The notes under the pieces: model-generated
Seen by the model: the letters and a program-made list of their open reading frames with translations, nothing else
Told to the model about the DNA's origin: nothing
Database searches by the model: none
Made by a program: the position numbers and the translations under genes
Shown: piece by piece, positions 16,336 to 24,500 of the stretch
How positions within the stretch are numbered: the first letter of the stretch is position 1
Layout: every line of letters starts with the position of its first letter
NCBI GenBank assembly: GCA_041659445.1
Contig: JBAZYG010000001.1
Span: 420,001 to 452,000, forward strand
Direction of reading: 5' to 3'
DNA from: Candidatus Saccharimonadota bacterium
GTDB lineage: Archaea > Nanobdellota > Nanobdellia > Pacearchaeales > GW2011-AR1
Length of the DNA stretch: 32,000 bases

Positions 16336-18867
16336 TTAATTGTTAATTGAATTCACTTTAGATATTTTTTGCTCAAATAATTTTTTCTCAGAAGATGAAA
16401 CTTCTAATATATACATTCCATTTGCTAAATTAGACAAATCAAATTCAACATCTTTATTTCCAGGATAAATTTCTTCTTTAAAATAATCTACTAATCTCCC
16501 AGACATTTCATAAACTTCTGCATAAATTTTTTCTGGTTTTGAAACTTCATAATTAAATTTTATTTTTCCTGAAGCAGATGGATTTGGATAAACTTTAAAT
16601 TTGTCCTCGAGAGTTTTTGGTTTTTCAGGAACTCCAATTGAAATATCTTCAGTAATATATTGAGAAGTATCTGGTGCAGGAGTTCCACAAATATCATATG
16701 AAGACCAATGTCTTTCCCATAACCTATAAACATTTGGAATTTCTTCAATTAATTCATCTGTATAATTAACTTCTGGAACAACATTTGAGATAGTATCGTC
16801 TGCAACTGCCCAACCTAAATCCTCTGGAGCCATACTTTCTCCTGTTTTTATTGTTGTGTCTGCTGGAACAAATGCCCAATAAGGAGGTTCTGTTTCAACG
16901 ACGCTGACATGTTGATTTTGCTGAATTGAATTATAACAAATTGTATCATTTGCATTATGAGCCCAATCAAATTCATAATTATAATGTTGACAATCAGTTG
17001 AATCTGGATTTTGGGTTGAATTTATTTTAGATGGATCTTCTTCGACAATTACTTCAATTCCAGTTGGATTAAATGCAGTAGGTAATCCACCTGTTTGTGA
17101 AGTAGTTATATTCGGAGAATAATTTATTTGTGCATTTGCTGGAAAAGATGCCCATTGATGAATATCTAAATAAACGTCTCTAGAATAAGTTGTATCTGTA
17201 AAATTACCAGTTGGGTCTTGAGCATGATCTGTAAATTGTTGAGTGAAATTATAATAATTGCATGAGTCAGGACTTAAACCTTGCGTTGAAGTTTCAGAAA
17301 TTCTTGTTACAATTTCGTGTCCTGAATTATCGTCGGCATCTGCTAAAGGAACAGGTATTGCTTGGGTAAATGGAACTGGACCTGAAACATAAATATTAGT
17401 TATTTCTGGATTTTCTGTATCTCTTACTGAAATTAATTGTGCAGGCTTATTTGGGAAATGCACATTATCTATTGTTCCATAAGTTGTATCAATTAAAACA
17501 TTTTCAAGAGATTTTCCAAACCAGTCTCGATAAATGTCAAAATTGTAATAAGTTGAATCCCAAACTGTTCCTGATTGATTTGAACTATCTGAATAAATTG
17601 TATATGACCAAGGAGCATTTCCTGTAACTTCTCCTGTATTTTCTGGAGCTGTTAAATTTGAATTTTGAGAATATTCAATGTCGATGTTTGAAGGCATTTG
17701 CCCTCCGACATGAACGTGATTGCATTCTTCTGGTTTATTAACAATTAAATCAGGATGTTGCCAAATTAATGTTGCATTTCCATTTTGCAAATCAAATTTA
17801 GCAATTGTATTTAAAGTATACACGTATTGGCCCAAATTTGAATTATAATAATAAGCATATTTTTTTATATGGGCATAACTATCAGGATGCATGCTTGGAC
17901 TTCCTAGTGTAACTATTTGATCATTTTGAGGTTCAACAAAAACCCAATCATTAAAATTTGTCGAACTATTTCCTTTTAAAAATGCATTAATTGAATGTAA
18001 AATATTTGGAGAAGTATACATTGTGCTAACAATATAAAATGGTTCATTAAATCTTGCATTTTGAGTTGTATCATAAATTGAAAAATCTATACCAGAATTT
18101 TCAATATTTTCAATTCCAGATTTATTTATTTGAGTTTGCATAGAATATTGATTACAATCCCAATTTGGTCCTGGAGCATGAAGATTTGTTAAATCAATTG
18201 CTTGAGTTTTTTGGTCCCAAAATTCTTTTTCAGAAGATGTTAAAAAATTCCAATGACTAGGCAAATAAGGAATTTCATCTGTTAAGTAATTGTAAATTAA
18301 TTGAGAATCTAATGTATTTGTAACTTGATCTCCATTTATATCTGTTCTATCGTTGGAAGTTCCAGAGATTATTAAATTATAATCTTGCCAATTTAAAACA
18401 TTATCGTCATTTGCATCACCAGAACCATAATAACTTAAATCAAAATTTCCAGCATTTAATAAATTTGGTTGAATAAATGGATTCAAATATTGATCCCCAT
18501 AAAAAGAATTTACATTGTCTGTTGAATTTGAATTTTCATATTCTTTGTTGATGATTTCAGAAGCTCTTTCAGAATAATAAACTCCTTCACTAGGAGAATA
18601 AGCTAAATTTTTATCAATTGCTTCAGATAGAGTTATATAATCAATAATTTTTTTTTCAAGATTTAAATTTACCTCTTTTAAATTATCAAAATTAATTTCA
18701 GGAACATTAACTGAATTAATTACTGGAACTTTAAATTCTTCTGAAACTAAGGATTTTTCTTTATAAGGAATATTTTCATTTTGAGAATATGTAAAACTAG
18801 GAAGTACAGAAATTCCTGTTGCAACTAATCCAATACCAATATTTTTTAATTTATTTGCTTTTTTCAT
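16336..18867 (-). CDS. Secreted 843-aa protein: signal peptide, two dockerin-type Ca-binding repeats, possible Cys/His/Asp peptidase-like core, beta-rich region and a T9SS-type (Por) C-terminal sorting-like domain
   Basis: Signal IGIGLVATGISVLPSFTYS|Q. Dockerin repeats DANDDNVLNWQD and DINGDQVTNTLD (D-x-N-x-D..D12 spacing). WDCNQYSM..ILHSINAF..WVFVEPQND. C-terminal KVYPNPSASGKIKFNYEV..IYAEVYEMSGRLV..LANGMYILEVSS..KISKVN. Confidence 0.85.
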   Translation of the reverse strand: MKKANKLKNIGIGLVATGISVLPSFTYSQNENIPYKEKSLVSEEFKVPVINSVNVPEINFDNLKEVNLNLEKKIIDYITLSEAIDKNLAYSPSEGVYYSERASEIINKEYENSNSTDNVNSFYGDQYLNPFIQPNLLNAGNFDLSYYGSGDANDDNVLNWQDYNLIISGTSNDRTDINGDQVTNTLDSQLIYNYLTDEIPYLPSHWNFLTSSEKEFWDQKTQAIDLTNLHAPGPNWDCNQYSMQTQINKSGIENIENSGIDFSIYDTTQNARFNEPFYIVSTMYTSPNILHSINAFLKGNSSTNFNDWVFVEPQNDQIVTLGSPSMHPDSYAHIKKYAYYYNSNLGQYVYTLNTIAKFDLQNGNATLIWQHPDLIVNKPEECNHVHVGGQMPSNIDIEYSQNSNLTAPENTGEVTGNAPWSYTIYSDSSNQSGTVWDSTYYNFDIYRDWFGKSLENVLIDTTYGTIDNVHFPNKPAQLISVRDTENPEITNIYVSGPVPFTQAIPVPLADADDNSGHEIVTRISETSTQGLSPDSCNYYNFTQQFTDHAQDPTGNFTDTTYSRDVYLDIHQWASFPANAQINYSPNITTSQTGGLPTAFNPTGIEVIVEEDPSKINSTQNPDSTDCQHYNYEFDWAHNANDTICYNSIQQNQHVSVVETEPPYWAFVPADTTIKTGESMAPEDLGWAVADDTISNVVPEVNYTDELIEEIPNVYRLWERHWSSYDICGTPAPDTSQYITEDISIGVPEKPKTLEDKFKVYPNPSASGKIKFNYEVSKPEKIYAEVYEMSGRLVDYFKEEIYPGNKDVEFDLSNLANGMYILEVSSSEKKLFEQKISKVNSINN

Positions 18868-18889
18868 TAATTATTCTTAGATTCCTTGA

Positions 18890-18897
18890 TTTATAAA
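18890..18897 (-). promoter_or_regulatory. TATA box (TTTATAAA) for the 843-aa gene
   Basis: Exact palindromic octamer 22 nt upstream of the minus-strand ATG at 18867. Confidence 0.5.
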
Positions 18898-18981
18898 CTT
18901 TATTATTTGTCACCATTTAGGGATGACTAAATTAAGAAATTTCTAAAAAATATAAGAAAATTAACTCTTTAAAAACAAAAG

Positions 18982-18989
18982 TTTATAAA
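18982..18989 (+). promoter_or_regulatory. TATA box (TTTATAAA) for the 805-aa gene
   Basis: Exact octamer 24 nt upstream of the ATG at 19014. Confidence 0.5.
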
Positions 18990-19013
18990 AACGATTTAAT
19001 TAATTATTTTGAC

Positions 19014-21431
19014 ATGATGAAAACAAAAAGAGGATGGATATTTGGAATAGGTTTAAGTTTAATTATTATCTCAGCAATAATTATTTCTGCATTTTATCTT
19101 GATAATGCAACAGGTTATTGGGCAAGAGGACAAACAAATATTACTGGAACAACTTTAGTATTAGACGAAACAGAATTAGGAGGATTTCCAGGAATTTTAT
19201 GGAATGTCAGTAATTGTGGTGAAGATTATTGCTCTAACGGAGAACCAATAGCAGGAGGAATTCCAGATAGTTATATTAATATGATTGTTAACGGAATTTC
19301 AGGACACTCTACTGGAGATAAAATTTATTTTGAAGTTTATGAAAAAGATACTCAAGAAGGAGGAGTGGATGATTCAATTCGAGTTGGTGCTTATAAAATA
19401 GAAGGAACATATAATGCAAATGCTCAAGGAATAGGAACATTTGTAATTTCATTAGGAGATATTTTATCTGCTAGTCAAGATGGAGCAGAAACAGATGGAA
19501 TTTATGAATTTTATTTTAAAGTAATCGTCACTGAAAGTAGGGGTGGAGAATCTAAAACTTTTTCAAATGTAATATTATATGTTCAAATAAGTGGTTGGGA
19601 TGGAAATTTGAATAATGTTGTTGGTTCTTGGGTTGATAAAAATAAAATATTAGAAATAAATCAAATAACAGTAAATGCTTTGGATCTTTTAGGATCAAAT
19701 CAAAATTCAGAAGGACTTGGTGGAAATTCTAATGCATTAGTTCATGCAAAAGTTTCAGGAATTGGTGCGAATACAGGAACACCAACTGTTTTTGAAATTA
19801 TTGATCAGCACACAAATGTTCCAATAAGAACAGGTGCATCTTCTATTTATTCAAATGTTACTTCAAATGTTTCTTATGGTCCGTGGTATATTAATTTAAA
19901 TGATATTTCTTTGTCAAGACCAAATCAAAATGGCGAATATGAATATTATTTTAGAATGCACATTGGACAAACAGGTGTTAGTTTTGCAAATATTTTAAAA
20001 GTTATAATTAATTGGACAGATTTAAATTCTTCAATAATTCCAACTTGGTTAGATTATACAACATTGGAAACAATTGATAATAAAATAATTAATTCTGCAG
20101 ATTTGGGAAAAACTCCTCAATCAAGTGTTTATATTAAAGCAGAAGGATTTCCAGAAGAAGCAATAGGTAAAAAAATTTATTTTGAAATTTATGAAAAAGA
20201 TGACAACGGAATTGATGATCCAATAAGAGTAGGAAAAGAAAATTTATCTGGAACTATTGGTGCAGATAGCCTTCCAATTATAAAAATTCCTTGGACAATA
20301 ACACAAGCAGACATCTTAAAAAGTGAAGAAGAAGCAAGTTATGATTATTATTTAGTAATGGGTGTTGAAGAATTATCATTTACAAAATCATTCAGAGATT
20401 CATCAATATTAAGAGTTACTATTAACGGAGACATTCAACCAAATCTTAATTTTGCAAATGCGCAAGCAAGTTGGAGAAATGGGGATTTAATTGAACCAAT
20501 CACAGAATATTTTTGGTCAGAGGGAATACCAAATATTGTTTCATCATATATTGAAAATATAACTGGAACTGCTGGAACACCAATTTGGATTGAAATTTGG
20601 GAACATGATGTTTCAGGAGATAATGATAAAATCAGAAGTGTTGAAAATGGAACTGCATTATTAGGTTATTTAACTGCTGATGGAAAAGTTTATGCTCTTT
20701 GGACAATTACAGAAGAAGATTTAATAGTAGCAGGATATCCTAATGAAACATCTATTACTTTTTATCCAAAAATAATTTCAGGAACATTAGAAAAAGATTT
20801 TAGTGAAAATTTATTAACAATACTTTTTGAATCCTACTCTTGCATAAACATAAATTATTGTTCAGATTATTTAAATGAAAATTATTGTGTTCAAGATTAT
20901 TGTCAAAAAGCAGAAAACGACGGAATTGCACACGAAGTAAATTGTAATTTAGAAGGAACAAACTGCGGATGTTCTTGGGATAATTTATCAGAAACTTGTG
21001 AATTTATTTACAGCAATGTTGGACCAAATGGTGAAGTTGGAAGTTGTAATTACGACGATAATGCACAAGGAGACACATGCGACGATGGATTTTTAAGTTA
21101 TATTTGGAATGCAACTTGGAATTGGGCAAATGGAAATTCTTACAATACTGAAGAAGAATGTGAAGCAGTTTATGGTAATAATACTTGTATTTATAGCACA
21201 ACTGATTTTTTCTGGCATTATGATCCTGAATCAGCTTATTCAAATTGTATTCAAGGTGAAAACACAATTATTTGTCCTTCAAAAGTTCAATTATCTTTTT
21301 TAGATTGGAGAAATATTATTTCGATTATTGCAGGATTGATTTTAATTTACTTAATAATTTATTTAATAAGAAAAAGAAATTTATCTAAAAAGAAAAATAA
21401 AATTTCAAAAAAAACTTCTAAGAAAAAATAA
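19014..21431 (+). CDS. Membrane-anchored 805-aa surface protein with four tandem ~135-aa repeat modules and a Cys-rich stalk
   Basis: N-terminus MMKTKRGWIFGIGLSLIIISAIIISA. Four modules carry the core (G)xxIYFEIYEKD..DDxIRVG. Cys-rich region aa ~610-755. C-terminal TM IISIIAGLILIYLIIYLI plus a Lys-rich tail. Confidence 0.85.
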   Translation: MMKTKRGWIFGIGLSLIIISAIIISAFYLDNATGYWARGQTNITGTTLVLDETELGGFPGILWNVSNCGEDYCSNGEPIAGGIPDSYINMIVNGISGHSTGDKIYFEVYEKDTQEGGVDDSIRVGAYKIEGTYNANAQGIGTFVISLGDILSASQDGAETDGIYEFYFKVIVTESRGGESKTFSNVILYVQISGWDGNLNNVVGSWVDKNKILEINQITVNALDLLGSNQNSEGLGGNSNALVHAKVSGIGANTGTPTVFEIIDQHTNVPIRTGASSIYSNVTSNVSYGPWYINLNDISLSRPNQNGEYEYYFRMHIGQTGVSFANILKVIINWTDLNSSIIPTWLDYTTLETIDNKIINSADLGKTPQSSVYIKAEGFPEEAIGKKIYFEIYEKDDNGIDDPIRVGKENLSGTIGADSLPIIKIPWTITQADILKSEEEASYDYYLVMGVEELSFTKSFRDSSILRVTINGDIQPNLNFANAQASWRNGDLIEPITEYFWSEGIPNIVSSYIENITGTAGTPIWIEIWEHDVSGDNDKIRSVENGTALLGYLTADGKVYALWTITEEDLIVAGYPNETSITFYPKIISGTLEKDFSENLLTILFESYSCININYCSDYLNENYCVQDYCQKAENDGIAHEVNCNLEGTNCGCSWDNLSETCEFIYSNVGPNGEVGSCNYDDNAQGDTCDDGFLSYIWNATWNWANGNSYNTEEECEAVYGNNTCIYSTTDFFWHYDPESAYSNCIQGENTIICPSKVQLSFLDWRNIISIIAGLILIYLIIYLIRKRNLSKKKNKISKKTSKKK
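19191..20828 (+). repeat. Four tandem protein-level repeat modules (~135 aa each) inside the 805-aa CDS
   Basis: Cores: GDKIYFEVYEKDTQEGGVDDSIRVG; GTPTVFEIIDQHTNVPIRTG; GKKIYFEIYEKDDNGIDDPIRVG; GTPIWIEIWEHDVSGDNDKIRS. Each is followed by a W/ISL(T)..DIL block and a YE(F/Y)YF-type block. Boundaries are approximate. Confidence 0.7.
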
Positions 21432-21476
21432 AGCTATAAATTTATTTTTTATTTAATATAGTTATTCTTAATAATA

Positions 21477-21484
21477 TTTATAAA
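21477..21484 (+). promoter_or_regulatory. TATA box (TTTATAAA) for the 1372-aa gene
   Basis: Exact octamer 26 nt upstream of the ATG at 21511. Confidence 0.5.
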
Positions 21485-21510
21485 TGAGGTTTTCTTAATA
21501 AATTAATAAA

Positions 21511-24500
21511 ATGAGGAAGAAATTTTTAATTGGATTTGTATTTGGATTACTTTTAATTGGATTAGTTTCTGCTAGTTTTAATTTAGGAGATGAAGATTAT
21601 TATGTTCAAAAAGAATATCCTGCTGGTTCTTATTTAATTTCTTGGTTAAATATTAGTTTTAATAATCATCCATTAAATTCAAATTTTACAGATTCTGTTT
21701 CTCCGATGAATAAAATTCCTTTAATTGAAGTTTTTGAAATGTATGGAAATTCAAATTATAATTATTCATGCACTACAGGAAATTGTGGAAATAATTATGG
21801 AATTACAAGTCCTTCAGAAATTAAAACATCTACTCTAAAAAAAAGCCAATACAAACTTTATGCTTTTAATATAACTGATTCAAATATCCAAGAAATTAAT
21901 TCATTATCTTTAGAGGTAAATAGCAACGCAGATTCATCTTGCACAAGTCAATTTAAAATTGATATTGGAAATGATGGAAGTTATGAAATTGCAAATACTC
22001 TTGTTGACGACGATGTTTGCTCTGGAATTTATCGACCAACTTGTTATTATAATTTTGGAAATTGGAATTCTGCTACAACAACTTTAACAAATACAACTAA
22101 AGGAACTCCAGGAAATGTATTTAGTTTTGTATTAGGATTGTTTAAGCACACTGGAAAATCAATTACAGGGGATGCAATTTATGGAGGATTACAAAATGTT
22201 AGTCAAATTCAAATAACAACAACACCTTTATGTTCTGAAGTAAATCTTCCAGAAGCTCCAGGTTATAAAATTGGTGCATGGATTAATCACACTAATACTG
22301 CAAGTTCTACAATAAAAATGGGAATTTATTCTCTAGAAGGAAATAAAGAAAGCGAATGCACATTAAATTTAAGTTCAATTCAAAATGCTGGAAATGGAGA
22401 AATTTATTGTAATGCTCCTGGATTTTCTTTAATTGAAAATTCAAAATATTATATTTGCATTTGGCAAACTTCTGATCAAACTGCAGGAAAATATAACGTG
22501 AAAGGAAAAGAATCTTTGACAAATGGTTGTGGATTTAAAGGAGAACCTGAAACATTACCAACAAGAGACGCTGTTTATGATTTATCTGTTAAAAAATTAA
22601 AATATGGAAAATTAAGTGGACAAACTCTTCCAATTTCAAATGATTTACCTAATTCTGAAAAAAATTTAAGTGATGTAATTGAAAAATATATTCTAGATAA
22701 TTATGGAGAATTAAGTGATTGCTCTTCGGGTTGTATTGTTCCATTTAAATTAATTTCTTATGTTGACAAAGGAGTTTCTGTAAGTTCAAGTGGAGGAACA
22801 AGCGGAAGTACAACTACTGGAACTGGAACTGGAAATGTTATTGCTGGGATGGTTACAATGGAAGTAACTGTTTGTTATGAAGATGATGGTGGAGATAAAC
22901 CTTATGAACCCGGAACTGTAACTTGTGTAATAGGTACTGAACCTTATCAATTTACAGAATATCATGATGATGTTTGTAATAATAATGTTTTAACAGAATA
23001 TTACTTAACAGGTACAGACACATATTATTATAAGACATATACTTGCGCAGGAGGATGTTCCGAATATCCTGGAAAATGTAAATCTTATTGTACAGATAGT
23101 GACGGATTAAATAATAAATTCGAAAAAGGAACTGTAACTGTTGTTAATGGAAGTGGAACAACTAGTAAAACAGACTATTGCATGACTACTCCTGGTTGGG
23201 TTTGGGAATATCAATGCTTAGGAAATAATTCAATAACTGGAAATTATTTAACTTGCCCAACAGGATATAATTGTTCTGATGGTGCTTGTGTAAGTGAAAG
23301 TAATGAAAACAGTTGTTCTGATAGTGATGAAGGACAAAACTTTTATGTGAAGGGAAATGTAATAGGATTCTATAATGGAGTATCTTATAACTATTCAGAT
23401 TATTGTTCATCTGGAAAAATTGAAGAATATTATTGTAGAACAATAGCAGGACAAGAAACATATGATTGGAATTTGACAAATTGCCCAACAGGATACACTT
23501 GTTCAAGTGGTAGATGCATTTCTACAGGAACAACTTATGGAGTCCCAGAAATAACTAGTGCAAATGCTGTAAACGTTCAATCAACAAGTGCAATTTTAAA
23601 TGCACAAACAAATATTGTTGCTACATGTAAGTATTCTAAAGTTTATCCAATATTACCTTATTCAAATATGGAAGGAACATTTTCAACTACTAATTCCAAA
23701 TCACATACAACAACTCTTTTAGGATTAACTTCAAATACAGATTACAAATATTATATAAAATGTATAAATGATTCAACTTCAAGTAATGCAAAAGAAGTTA
23801 CATTCAAAACAACATCCTCGGGAGGTTCATCTTCATCTTGCTATGATGCTGACGCAAATTTAGGAGTGCAATCTGTTTATACTGCAAGTTATGCAATTTA
23901 TAATACAAAACAATACGATGATGTTTGCCAAGGTGGAAAATTAATTGAACAATATTGTACAAATGATATTCTTAAAAATGCTAGTTTATCTTGTCCATAT
24001 GGATGTTCAAATGGTGCTTGTATTAAAAAAACAGCGAATACAACAATCCCAGACCACACAATAACATTAAAAAATGTTCAATTAAAATATAATGTTTTAA
24101 GTGGTGAAAATGTTGTATTAAAAACAGAAAAAAGAATTTATAATTTTGAATATTTAAATTACTTGATTAATTCAAATTATCAAAAATTGACTTTAGATGG
24201 ATTGTTTAAATTACCAAATACTCCGCAAGTATTTAATTATAATTTGAAATTAAATGGAACAACAGTTTATACAGAACAATTAAAAATTTCAAATATATCA
24301 ATGACTGTTACACCTTCAATTGTTGAAAAAGGAACTTCAACAACATTTATAACAACTATTTCTCCTGAACAAGAAGTTAAATATTTAATTTGGAATTTTG
24401 GAGATGGAAGCAACATAACAAATCAAACAATAGACGATTCAATAGGAACATCTTCTTTAGATAAAACTTACTCTCAAAATGGAAATTATGTTTTAACTTT

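Noticed and set aside
16336-18867. The T9SS-CTD/dockerin gene as evidence of bacterial contamination or a chimeric assembly.
   Set aside because: The gene shares the window's AT-rich composition. It is flanked on both sides by archaeal-type genes. It uses the same TTTATAAA box 22 nt from its ATG as other local genes.
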